The notes under the pieces are model-generated. The model ran no database searches and was not told the DNA's origin. It saw nothing but the letters and a program-made list of their open reading frames with translations. 64,000 bases of DNA from Azolla caroliniana (Eukaryota > Plantae > Polypodiophyta), in assembly GCA_043228905.1 (NCBI GenBank), contig JBHGNT010000080.1, forward strand, positions 37,725-101,724, given 5' to 3'. Positions 36,310 to 47,981 of the stretch are shown here, one piece after another. Made by a program: the position numbers and the translations under genes. The first letter of the stretch is position 1; each line of letters begins with the position of its first letter.

Positions 36310-36846
36310 TGTAGGTGCTCTGCGAATTAAAGCTGTGTGCTTGGATTTTCGAGCCTATGCAGACGCAAGCAACAAAGAAGCGTAGATACACCAACACTCA
36401 TTTATGTATAATTAGCTGCAATCTTTTCGAATTCTATAGTTATCATTTCTTTTTGTGCTCGAATGTGTCTACAGGTGTTTGCAGGCTCTACAGCAGATCA
36501 AACAAGAGTTTTATGCTGTTAGAGAGAAGCTCGATACTTTGATGCAGGTGAAGATATCTGCATGCACACTCCACTACTTTTTTTGGGGATTATTTTTGTA
36601 TTTGTAACTACACTTATGATTTGTGTGTGCTCTTTACGATTTAAAAGGCCTAATTAATAATACCATTGTTGGAATTAACCCCATTAATCGATTTATTAAT
36701 TAGTCCCATTGCGACAATCTGGAAACTTCCCATCTCTTTTCTACGTATTCCCTTCATCTGGAATTAATTTTGGTTTTCGATCTTCTTTTTCATAGCTTGA
36801 AAAGCAAATTATTGCTGTTGGGGGAGTTGTTCCGATGATAGAGTGA
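36310..36846 (+). CDS. AHP: Second sense copy of AHP exons 4-6 (36310-36381, 36475-36547, 36796-36846)
   Basis: Offset 4343 from copy 1; splice sites intact; IIAVGG instead of IIAAGG; the only copy continuing into unique downstream DNA. Confidence 0.8.
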
Positions 36847-38675
36847 AGCCGATGGATTGGAGGCGTGTTGTTTGGATTAGAGAATGCTGCTTCTTTCTGT
36901 TGCATGAACCTGGAGATTTGGAATGAGAAGTTGCTTAGCATCTCAACTGAAGTTATGTGCTCTGTCGGAGGCCTGGACATACTACTCATTTTACGTACTA
37001 TTGGCTCCATTCTCCGAGATTTAATTTCTTTTAAGTTGTTAATACTTGTAGTGTTTACTATATAGTCAGTAGTGGCCGATGTTTTCACATGTGATTATAA
37101 GTTGAGTGATTCAAACTTTGATCTTTGATGTGGCAAGGCCTTTGTTTGCTTTAGAGCTTATGTATTCATGATAAATAATGTCATTTAATTCAATTGTCGT
37201 TGGAGATTGATCTTCTGTTTTAGTTGTGGCCTATGATGGTGTATGTATTGAGAACAAGGTAGCAAACAGAGCACAAAAATCTACCACATCTCTAAACCCT
37301 AAACACTAAACTCTTTGGTTGACACTCTTATGGTGACCCACATCTTACAAACAGGAATAATGCTACTCACTTCCAAGTAGACAGGTAATGCAAGGATTTC
37401 GTTAAACCGATTGCAACGTATGATATGGTGTGTATTAATTATAACATATAATAAGCAAGGAGGGCTAGTAACAAACACACCGAGTCCGCTAAAACCAAAC
37501 TAAAAGAAGAAGACACGGAGGTGAAAATGGTAAAGATGGCATAGAGAACACGCATGTATGTATGTATGTATGCCGTTAGATAGAATAGAATAGATAGCTG
37601 TTTAACATTTTTTTCCACGACAGCTATCTCGGCATGCCGCTTGTTCTGGTTTCAGGTCGATCTTCATAGAGAAACCGAAAAGAAGAAGAAGAAGCAACCC
37701 CACTTGTATGGATAGACTACGCACCATATAGTTTAGCGAGCATATGACTAATAATCATAATGGTCGTATATGTATGTATGTATGTATGTATGTATTTGGG
37801 TCCATGGGGTCCAACCAGAAAACCAGTTACCCTACATGCGCACAGATTATAGATACACACACAGCATAATCTCTCTCTAATTATCTCATACGTCCTATAA
37901 TGTAGCTAGCTCCTGCACAATTCCATATTCCATATGCTTTGCTTGAATGAGCGATGATGAATGATGAGGATGGAAGAGGTCATAATGGAAGGGTGGGAGG
38001 GAGAGTGGTGGGCGAGGAGGAGCATGGATATGGAGGTGGCCTCCTCTCCTCCTCTTCTCAGGCTTTGCTTTCGGGGTTGCCTGTCTCGTCCTTTCCAACC
38101 TCCGCCCCTCCCATCCTCCTTAATACATCATATTCCATACCTTACCTTACATACAGCGCTGGGATGCCCCCCCAGACCTCTATTGATTGCACAATCATAT
38201 CGTCTGGTGAATCCTCTTCTTTTCTCTTAATTCCTGTTTCTCTTTCTCGACCTCTCTGCTGCTGGTAGTGCTCGGGCGATCCGCCCGCCGGGGCACCTCA
38301 GCTTATGTCTGTATACCCTGTTTATTGTTCCCCTACCGGATCCTTAATCTCCTTTCCCGCATCATTGTTTGTCAGGCCAAGTACCGGAATTTCTCATTGG
38401 TCAATATCTGAAGGTTTCTATTGTGATTCGTCTTATAAAAGAGAGACAGAGAGACAGAGATTGGAACATTAGAAATTTTAATGCGCCAGTATCTAATTTC
38501 CTCATTCAGTGATGGCAGTGTATTCACCTGCACATAACTATTGATATAGAACAGGGAAGGCAATGTTGGTTTTTGTGAAGGTAGAGCCGTTCCATGTATC
38601 AAAAAGTATATAGCATAGAAGCTTAAGAATGCCACAACTACTACACTGAGATAAAGTACGTTTTTATTATTATCA

Positions 38676-40628
38676 ATGAGCAAGGACAGTGTTCAAAGTA
38701 TTTTGATGTTGTTGAAATGTTGTACCAGAGAGAAGGATCTATGTAAAGGTCACAGAATGCACGAGGATATCCTTAAGAGGGGATTGCTGAAGAAGAGCGT
38801 TTACATAGGAACAGCCTTAGTGGATTTGTATGCTAAATGTGGTGCTCTTTCCAAAGCACAACTCGTCTTTGATGAGCTCCCAACTCAGAATGTGGTCTCA
38901 TGGACGGCCCTCATTGGAGGGTATGCTCAATATGGACATGGGGAAAAAGCTCTCTGTTGCTTTGAGAAGATGCAACAAAAGGGGTTGTCCCCTGATGCAC
39001 TCACCTATGTTTGCATTCTGAAAGCTTGTAGTAGCATTAAAGATGCTCAAAAGGGAAGCGAGATTCATGCAGAAATTGTGAAACATGGGATGTTGGGAAA
39101 TGACAGTGTGCTTGGCACTGCATTAGTCGATATGTATGTGAAATGTGGTGCATTTGCAAAGGCACAGCAAGTGTTTGATGTGCTTCCAATCCGAAATATA
39201 GTATCTTGGAATGTGCTGATTTCAGGATATTGCCAGCATGGCCATTGCGAAGAAGCATTGAGGTGTTTCCAGAAAATGCGATGTCACGGGGTTTCTCCCA
39301 ATTCAATCACATTTGCTTGCGTCCTAAAAGCCTGTGGCAACCTTGGAGCAGTGGAGAAGGGTAAAAACATCCATCAAGAGATTCTTAGGGAAGGATATCT
39401 CGAAAATGATAGTATGCTGGGAAATGCATTGGTGGAAATGTATGCGAAATGTGGTGATCTTGCAAAGGCACAAGACGTGTTTGATAATCTCAATGTATGG
39501 GATGTAATTGGCTTTACTTCATTGATCACTGGATATGACCAACATGGATATGGTGACAAAGCTCTCAAATGCTTTGAACAGATGCGAAGCAAAGGCCTCT
39601 CCCCTGATGCAATGACCTTTACTTGCATCCTGAAAGCCTGTGGCAGCATGGGAGCTACTGAGATGGGCAGAGAAATCCATGCTGATATTGTCAAAGAAGG
39701 ACTGCTGGTGCATGATAGTGTCCTCGGAAATGCATTAGTGAATATGTATGCCAAGTGTGGCGCGCTTGCAATGGCACAACAAGTGTTTGATGAGATATCG
39801 ATGCGGGACATAGTCTCGTGGACTTCTCTAATTTCAGGCTATGGAAAGCATGGGCATGGTGAGGAGACATTAAACTGTTTCCAAAGAATGCAACTTGAGG
39901 GTCTCTATCCGAATACGGTGACCTTTGCGTGCTTATTGCAAACTTGTGGAAGCTTAGGTGCAATGGAGAAAGGTAAAGAAATACATGCTGAGCTTGTGAA
40001 GGAGGGACTCCTGGGAAAAGACACTATGCTTGGCAATGCATTGGTGGACATGTACTCCAAATGTGGAGCAATTGTGAAAGCTGAAGAAGTATTTCACAAG
40101 CTTCCTATTCGGGGTGTTGTTGCCTGGACTGCATTAATTGCTGGATATTCCCAAATGGGAAGATATGATGCTGTTTTCAACTCCTTAAACAAAATGATAG
40201 GAGAAGGTATTGAGCCAAACATGATTACATTCCTTGTTGTCCTTAGTGCATGCAGTTCATCTGGTTTAGTGGATGAAGGCCAAATGTACTTTGAGGCCAT
40301 GACGTCAGGCTACTGCATTGCTCCTACTATACAGCATTATACATGTATGATAGATCTTTTTGGGCGAGGGGGACATTTTGACAAGGCGGTGTCAATGGTT
40401 GGGAGGATGCCCTCCCTTGATTATCTTCCTGCATGGTTAGCTTTATTGGGTGCCTGTCAAAAGTGGGGAAATTTGATGCTGGGAAGATTGGCCTTTGAAC
40501 ATTCCATAAGATTGGATGAAAAGTGTGCTGTGGCTTATGACTTAATGAGTATGCTTTATTTAGCTGCTGGTATGCAAGACAATATGGCAATTGTCGAATC
40601 TATGAGGATGGAAAATAAAGCTTGGTAG
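38676..40628 (+). CDS. PLS-E PPR protein, copy 2 (probable original)
   Basis: Translation identical to 24717-26669; part of the duplication 38536-40920 = 24577-26961. Confidence 0.93.
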   Translation: MSKDSVQSILMLLKCCTREKDLCKGHRMHEDILKRGLLKKSVYIGTALVDLYAKCGALSKAQLVFDELPTQNVVSWTALIGGYAQYGHGEKALCCFEKMQQKGLSPDALTYVCILKACSSIKDAQKGSEIHAEIVKHGMLGNDSVLGTALVDMYVKCGAFAKAQQVFDVLPIRNIVSWNVLISGYCQHGHCEEALRCFQKMRCHGVSPNSITFACVLKACGNLGAVEKGKNIHQEILREGYLENDSMLGNALVEMYAKCGDLAKAQDVFDNLNVWDVIGFTSLITGYDQHGYGDKALKCFEQMRSKGLSPDAMTFTCILKACGSMGATEMGREIHADIVKEGLLVHDSVLGNALVNMYAKCGALAMAQQVFDEISMRDIVSWTSLISGYGKHGHGEETLNCFQRMQLEGLYPNTVTFACLLQTCGSLGAMEKGKEIHAELVKEGLLGKDTMLGNALVDMYSKCGAIVKAEEVFHKLPIRGVVAWTALIAGYSQMGRYDAVFNSLNKMIGEGIEPNMITFLVVLSACSSSGLVDEGQMYFEAMTSGYCIAPTIQHYTCMIDLFGRGGHFDKAVSMVGRMPSLDYLPAWLALLGACQKWGNLMLGRLAFEHSIRLDEKCAVAYDLMSMLYLAAGMQDNMAIVESMRMENKAW

Positions 40629-40647
40629 ACTGATTTTGTTCAAATCC

Positions 40648-41536
40648 TGTTAGGAATTGAGGTTCAAAAACTTCACCTCTCGGTCACAACCGAGGACACA
40701 CGAGTCAATGCAGCAGTAAATCGGAAAACACAGAGAGAGACTCGAATGCACAGGGTTTAGCGTGGAAAACCCTAGACGGGAAAAACCACGGGAGCGCAAG
40801 GCTCCAACTATCACTATACGCAAGGAATGTACAATGGCGAGCTGCAAGGCGACGACCTTGAGCTCGCTGTCCTCGCCACAGGCGGCGGTATTACACAGAG
40901 GCGTCGACCTCTTCCTTTCTCTCTCTCTCTCTCTCGGCTGCTCTCACTTCGCTCCCTCTAAGTGGAAAACTGAAAAGTGAGCAGCAACTACAAAACTGTT
41001 TGCCCTAAGTCATATTTATACACATATGACTTTCGGGTTATTTACAAATATAGCCTCAAGGGCCCTTGGCAAACATATTCACAAATATGTCCCCGCATCC
41101 GGATCTCTCTCTGGGTACATTCGTCATCCGGCTCCGTAGCCGGGGTCTTCATCATCTGGCTCCGTTGCCGGGGTCTTCATCATCCGGATCCGGAACCGGG
41201 TCTTCATCATCCGGCTCCGGAACCGGGTCTTCATCATCCGGCTCCGATACCGGGTACTCCTCATTCGGGTCTTCATTCCCGATTCCCGGACATCGGACCA
41301 TCCCATCCGGAGGGACCGTAATCCCAACAAACTCCCCCTTCACTTCGGCATGGGATGTCTTTCCAGTCGGACCCTCTTCCGGCACGCTTCCAGCTTGTCG
41401 GGTGTGAGCACTTTGGTCAGCATGTCTGACCCGTTCTCGTCCGTGTGGATCTTCGTCAGCACGAACTCCTGGTCTTCTATCCTTTCCCGGATCCAGTGAT
41501 ATCTTCGCTGGATGTGCTTCGTCCAGGAGTGATAGG
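40648..41536 (-). mobile_element. Copia 3' end: RNase H C-terminus, PPT and 3' LTR (40648-41329)
   Basis: YHSWTKHIQRRYHWIRE...ENGSDMLTK; PPT GAAGGGGGAG; TGTT...AACA LTR. Confidence 0.9.
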
Positions 41537-41576
41537 TGTCATGAAGACATACATCTTGGCTTATCATGACATTCAT

Positions 41577-41645
41577 CTTGGCGAACCAGGAATCGAACCC
41601 GTAACCTCTTGGTTTACATATTGTACTTTAACCATTGTAATAACA
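41577..41645 (-). promoter_or_regulatory. tRNA-like Pol III A-box/B-box module in the chromovirus LTR (also about 43262-43330 and 61206-61274)
   Basis: Minus strand TATTACAATGG (41632-41642), then GGTTCGATTCC (41589-41599), 32 nt apart. Confidence 0.65.
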
Positions 41646-41756
41646 TATGTGAGATGTAATCATAATAATTATATGTTTAGTTATTACGAGATATTTAGAA
41701 CATATTGTAATAACATATGTGAGATGTAATCATAATAATCGTTCGCCCAAGAGGTT

Positions 41757-43229
41757 TTGAGCCATATTATCCCAAATCGTGCATCTAGCTCCCAAACTCA
41801 AAATCCTCGTCTAGACTACACCCAGTTTAGTTGGCATGATGGGTTACTTTTTCGACAAACTCTCTTGTATGTGTCTGACGGTCCTTCTCGACTCAAAGTC
41901 ATGCAACAATGTCATGACACACCAATGGCGGGACACTTCGGCATCCACAAGACTTTTGAGTTGATTTCTCGCCGATATTGGTGGCCACGGCTTCGCCATT
42001 TTGTTACGGATTATGTTCGTAGCTGTGATACATGCTGCCGATCAAAAAAGCCTCGACATCATCCATATGGCTTATTACAGCCAATGCCTATTCCGGAGAG
42101 CCCATGGAAATCTATTTCCTTGGACTTTATTACGGATCTTCCACCTTCCAAGGGATTTGATTCGATTCTCACGGTTGTTGATCGTTTTACGAAGATGGCA
42201 CATTTCCTTCCATGCACAAAGACCATTACTAGTCAAGAGACAGCTGATTTACTCATGCGGGAGGTGTTTCGCCATCATGGTCTTCCGGATGATATTATCA
42301 GTGATCGGGGTCCCCAATTCATCTCGAAATTTTGGCGGCACATGTTCAGACTCTTACATACTTCTTGTAAACTCTCTTCCGGCTACCATCCAGAGACTAA
42401 TGGGCAGAGTGAGCGCACCAACCAAACAGTCGAGCAATATCTACGTTGTTTTGTCAACTATCAACAAGATGATTGGGTGGATTTACTACCTTTGGCAGAA
42501 TTTGCTTATAACAACTCCGAGCATTCTTCTACTGGATATTCCCCATTTTTTGCAAACATTGGGTACCATCCTCGTTGGACGATGCTTGAACATCCTGAAC
42601 TCCCAAAAAACCCAGCTGCTGAAGATCGGCTCACTCGACTCCAAGAAGTTCAGGATATGCTTTTGCATCATTTATGTGAAGCCCAAAACACTCAAAAGAA
42701 GATTGCTGACCGTCATCGACGTGATTCATCGACTACATTTCAACTAGGCGATCGTGTATGGCTCTTACAAGGTAGCATTAAAACGACCCGACCTTGCTAC
42801 AAATTGGATTATCAACGTTTTGGCCCATATGTCATAAGTGGTAAGATCAATGATGTGACATTTCGACTTGATCTTCCTCCTCATATGCGTCTTCACCCGG
42901 TCTTCCATGTTTCACTTTTGGAGCCTTACACAACGAGCTCTATTCCGGGTCGTGTTACACCTCCCCCACCTCCAATTGACGTTTCCAATGGCTCTGAATA
43001 TGAGGTTGCCGCTATCCTCGACTCCAAGATCATTCGCAACAAACTATACTACTTGGTTGATTGGTTAGGCTATACACCTAATGATCGAACATGGGAGCCT
43101 GCCGAACATCTTGCCAATGCCTCCGACATGGTTGTTGCATTTCACAACCAATATCCTCATAAACCAAGTCTGAACTCTTTTCTTCCGACTCGTGCAACTC
43201 GTCATCGAAAAGGGGGGATAATGTCATGA
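41757..43229 (+). CDS. Integrase with C-terminal chromodomain (pol fragment)
   Basis: HHCC (HD...GHFG...CDTC), LDF/SDRG/NGQSER catalytic motifs, GPY, and chromodomain EYEVAAILDS...YLVDWLGY...TWEP. Confidence 0.92.
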   Translation: MSHIIPNRASSSQTQNPRLDYTQFSWHDGLLFRQTLLYVSDGPSRLKVMQQCHDTPMAGHFGIHKTFELISRRYWWPRLRHFVTDYVRSCDTCCRSKKPRHHPYGLLQPMPIPESPWKSISLDFITDLPPSKGFDSILTVVDRFTKMAHFLPCTKTITSQETADLLMREVFRHHGLPDDIISDRGPQFISKFWRHMFRLLHTSCKLSSGYHPETNGQSERTNQTVEQYLRCFVNYQQDDWVDLLPLAEFAYNNSEHSSTGYSPFFANIGYHPRWTMLEHPELPKNPAAEDRLTRLQEVQDMLLHHLCEAQNTQKKIADRHRRDSSTTFQLGDRVWLLQGSIKTTRPCYKLDYQRFGPYVISGKINDVTFRLDLPPHMRLHPVFHVSLLEPYTTSSIPGRVTPPPPPIDVSNGSEYEVAAILDSKIIRNKLYYLVDWLGYTPNDRTWEPAEHLANASDMVVAFHNQYPHKPSLNSFLPTRATRHRKGGIMS

Positions 43230-43768
43230 AGACATACATCTTGGCTTATCATGACATTCATCTTGGCGAACCAGGAATCGAACCCGTAACCTCTTGGTTT
43301 ACATATTGTACTTTAACCATTGTAATAACATATGTGAGATGTAATCATAATAATTATATGTTTAGTTATTACGAGATATTTAGAACATTCTAGATTATTC
43401 TAGAATGTTCTTGAATATTTCATGATTATATTTATTATTATTATTATTCATAAATATCTAAAATATTCTAGAACATTCTAGAATACTCCATAAGGGCCTA
43501 TAAATAAGAGTCCATACACTCATCACAACTCATTCGGTTCAACACCAGTCTTTAGCCCATAGCCTACTCCTTGTAATCTTCTTTCTCATAATATAATCGC
43601 ATTCCCATTTCTTATCTCTCACTTATACTTTTCTCTCTCTCGCACTCTCTCCCTCTTTCACTCTCTTTCTATCACTATCGCTATCTCTACCGCTCTCGCC
43701 ATCTCTATCGTTATCGTTATCTCTATCGCCATCGCTCTCTCTCTGCTTCCTACTCAAGAGTCACGACA

Positions 43769-46615
43769 ATATCGATCTGAATCAATGGTAGAAATTGCAC
43801 AACCAAAGCCTATGATGAATTTGGATATAGTTACTACTTTTTATTTCTTATATGAAGGGTTTAGGTTTAACTACAGTAATAGGTTTGTGTATGATACATT
43901 GCATCGTAAAAAACCGTTAAGTGTTTGGGTATGTGCGAGCATTGTTTCAACTAGTAAAAGATGTGTTTTTTTTTGTCTGTTTTTATTTCTTATATGAAGA
44001 GTTCTATGATCCCCCGTGGATTTATATCATCTTGTTCATTGCATTTGAGCTTGTGTTCCTGAATGATGTCATGTTCTCTCCTTCCTTGCTGGTTTTCTCA
44101 TTTTGAATTTAGAAAGCCAACTCGAAAAATGTCATTGTGGCAAGATATAAAATTCCAATAAATGCTTGGTTATCGTATCTTAATGGAATAGTATTAAACC
44201 CGAAACTTACTGATGTGGAAAGGTCTGGTTGGTTTTGATGTTGTGTTCTTTCAAACAATATCCATCTGAATCAATGGTAGAAATTGCACAACCAAAGCCT
44301 ATGATGAATTTGGATACAGTTACTGCTTTTTATTTCTTATATGAACGGTTTAGGTTTAACTATAGTAATAGGTTTGTGTATGATACATTGCATCGTAAGA
44401 AACCGTTAAGTGTTTGGGTATGTGCGAGCATTTGTTTCAACTAGTAAAAGATGTGTTTTTTGTTGCGTGTTTTTATTTCTTATATGAAGAGTTCTATGAT
44501 CCCCCGTGGATTTATATCATCTTGTTCATTGCATTTGAGCTTGTGTACCTGAATGATGTCATGATCTCTCCTTCCTTGCTGCATTTCTCATTTTGAATTT
44601 AGAAAGCCAACTCGAAAAATGCCATTGTGGCAAGATTTAAATTCCAATAAATGCTTGGTTATCGTATCTTAATGGAATAGTATGAAAGCGAAAACTTACT
44701 GATGTGGAAAGGTCTGGTTGGTTTTGATACTCTGTTCTTTCATACATTATCCATATGAATCAATGGTAGAAATTGCATAACCAAAGCCTATGATGAATTT
44801 GGATACAGTTGCTGCTTTTTATTTCTTATATGAGGGGTTTAGGTTTAAATACAGTAATAAGTTTGTGTATGATACATTGCATCGTAAGAAACCGTTAAGT
44901 GTTTGGGTATGTGCGAGCATTGTTTCAACTAGTAAAAGATGTGTTTTTTGTTGCCTGTTTATATTTCTTATATGAAGAGTTCTATGATCCCCCGTGGATT
45001 TATATCATCTTGTTCATTGCATTTGAGCTTGTGTTCCTGAATGATGTCATGTTCTCTCCTTCCCTGCTGCTTTTCTCATTTTGAATTTAGAAAGCCAACT
45101 CGAAAAATGCCATTGTGGCAAGATTTAAATTCCAATAAATGCTTGGTTATCGTACCTTAATGGAATAGTATTAAACCCGAAACTTACTGATGTGGAAAGG
45201 TCTGGTTGGTTTTGATACTGTGTTCTTTCATACAATATCCATCTAAATCAATGGTAGAAATTGCAAAACCAAAGCCTATGATGAATTTGGATACAGTTGC
45301 TGCGTTTTATTTCTTATATGAACGGTTTAGGTTTAACTACAGTAATAGCTTTGAGTATGATACATTGTATCGTAATAAACGGTTAAGTGGTTGGGTATGT
45401 GCGAGCATTGTTTCCACTAGTAAAAGAAGTGTTTTTTGTTGCATGTTTTTATTTCTTATATGAAGAGTTCTATGATCCCCCGTGGATTTATATCATCTTG
45501 TTCATTGCATTTGAGCTTGTTTTCCTGAATGATGTCATGTTCTCTCCTTCCTTGCTGTTTTTCTCATTTTGAATTTAGAAAGCCAACTCGAAAAATGCCA
45601 TTGTGGCAAGATTTAAATTCCAAGAAATGCTTGGCTATCGTATCTTAATGGAATAGTATTAAACCCGAAACTTACTGATGTGGAAACGTCTGGTTGGTTT
45701 TGATATTGTGTTCTTTCATACAATATCCATCTGAATCAATGGTAGAAATTGCACAACCAAAGCCTATAATGAATTTGGATACAGTTACTGCTTTTTATTT
45801 CTTAGATGAAAGGTTTAGGTTTAACTATAGTAATAGGTTTGTGTATGATACATTGCATCGTAAGAAACCGTTAAGTGGTTGGGTATGTGCGAGCATTGTT
45901 TCAACTAGTAGAAGATGTGTTTTTTGTTGCCTGTTTTTATTTCTTATATCAAGAGTTCTATGATCCCCCGTGGATTTTTATCATCTTGTTCATTGCATTT
46001 GAGCTTGTGTTCCTGAATGATGTCATGTTCTCTCCTTCCTTGCTGCTTTTCTCATTTTGAATTTAGAAAGCTAACTCGAAAAATGCCATTGTGGCAAGAT
46101 TTAAATTCCAATAAATGCTTGGTTATCGTATCTTAATGGAATAGTATTAAACCCGAAACTTACTGATGTGGAAAGGTCTGGTTGGTTTTGATACTGTATT
46201 CTTTCATACAATATCCATCTGAATCAATGGTAGTAATTGCACAACCAAAGCCTATGATGAATTTGGATACAGTTACTGCTTTTTATTTCTTATATGAACG
46301 GTTTAGGTTTAACTACAGTAATAGATTTGAGTATGATACATTACATTGTAACAAACCGTTAAGTGGTTGGGTATGTGCGAGCATTGTTTCAACTAGTAAA
46401 AGGTGTGTTCTTTGTTGCCTGTTTTTATTTCTTATATGAAGAGTTCTATGATCCCCCGTGGATTTATATCATCTTGTTCATTGCATTTGACCTTGTGTTC
46501 CTGAATGATTTCATGTTCTCTCCTTCCTTGCTGCATTTCTCATTTTGAATTTAGAAAGCCAACTCGAAAAATGCCATTGTGGCAAGATTTAAATTCCAAA
46601 CCCGAAACTTACTGA
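43769..46615 (+). repeat. ~488-bp tandem repeat block 3 (about 6 units)
   Basis: Period 488 (45206, 45694, 46182). Confidence 0.92.
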
Positions 46616-47388
46616 TGTGGAAAAAAATGTTAAACAGCTATCTATTCTATTCTATCTAACGGCATACATACATACATACATGCGTGTTCTCTATGCCATC
46701 TTTACCATTTTCACCTCCGTGTCTTCTTCTTTTAGTTTGGTTTTAGCGGACTCGGTGTGTTTGTTACTAGCCCTCCTTGCTTATTATAGGTTATAATTAA
46801 TACACACCATATCATACGTTGCAATCGGTTTAACGAAATCCTTGCATTACCTGTCTACTTGGAAGTGAGTAGCATTATTCCTGTTTGTAAGATGTGGGTC
46901 ACCATAAGAGTGTCAACCAAAGAGTTTAGTGTTTAGGGTTTAGAGATGTGGTAGATTTTTGTGCTCTGTTTGCTACCTTGTTCTCAATACATACACCATC
47001 ATAGGCCACAACTAAAACAGAAGATCAATCTCCAACGACAATTGAATTAAATGACATTATTTATCATGAATACATAAGCTCTAAAGCAAACAAAGGCCTT
47101 GCCACATCAAAGATCAAAGTTTGAATCACTCAACTTATAATCACATGTGAAAACATCGGCCACTACTGACTATATAGTAAACACTACAAGTATTAACAAC
47201 TTAAAAGATATTAAATCTCGGAGAATGGAGCCAATAGTACGTAAAATGAGTAGTATGTCCAGGCCTCCGACAGAGCACATAACTTCAGTTGAGATGCTAA
47301 GCAACTTCTCATTCCAAATCTCCAGGTTCATGCAACAGAAAGAAGCAGCATTCTCTAATCCACACAACACGCCTCCAATCCATCGGCT

Positions 47389-47925
47389 TCACTCTATCAT
47401 CGGAACAACTCCCCCAGCAGCAATAATTTGCTTTTCAAGCTATGAAAAAGAAGATCGAAAACCAGAATTAATTCCAGATGAAGGGAATACGTAGAAAAGA
47501 GATGGGAAGTTTCCAGATTGTCGCAATGGGACTAATTAATAAATCGATTAATGGGGTTAATTCCAACAATGGTATTATTAATTAGGCCTTTTAAATCGTA
47601 AAGAGCACACACAAATCATAAGTGTAGTTACAAATACAAAAATAATCCCCCCAAAAAGTAGTGGAGTGTGCATGGAGATATCTTCACCTGCATCAAAGTA
47701 TCGAGCTTCTCTCTAACAGCATAAAACTCTTGTTTGATCGGCTGTAGAGCCTGCAAACACCTGTAGACACATTCGAGCACAAAAAGAAATGATAACTATA
47801 GAATTCGAAAAGATTGCAGCTAATTATACATAAATGAGTGTTGGTGTATCTACGCTTCTTTGTTGCTTGCGTCTGCATAGGCTCGAAAATCCAAGCACAC
47901 AGCTTTAATTCGCAGAGCACCTACA
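47389..47925 (-). pseudogene. AHP: Antisense copy 3 of AHP exons 4-6 (module about 46616-47981)
   Basis: Reverse complement of 31967-32503; Q-to-P change in exon 5; no exons 1-3 on this strand in the window. Confidence 0.85.
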
Positions 47926-47981
47926 CTGCAAAATGCAGCAAAAACAACTTCCTGATATTATACACCCTGCAAAAAAAGCCC

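Larger units (their letters stand above)
41537..43768 (+). mobile_element. Internally deleted chromovirus (Tcn1-like Ty3/Gypsy): partial LTR 41537-~41740, integrase-chromodomain, PPT, full LTR 43222-43768
   Basis: TGTCATGA...TCACGACA LTR, PPT AAAAGGGGGGATAA; gag, RT and RH are missing. Confidence 0.9.

Noticed and set aside
41577-41650. True tRNA genes in the LTRs
   Set aside because: Acceptor and anticodon stems do not form and the CCA spacing is wrong; reported as tRNA-like promoter modules instead.
43769-46615. Box C/D snoRNA cluster (ATGATGA and CTGA in each unit)
   Set aside because: No terminal stem or recognisable rRNA-complementary guide, and such motifs are expected by chance in AT-rich DNA. 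An Rfam/snoscan search would settle it.
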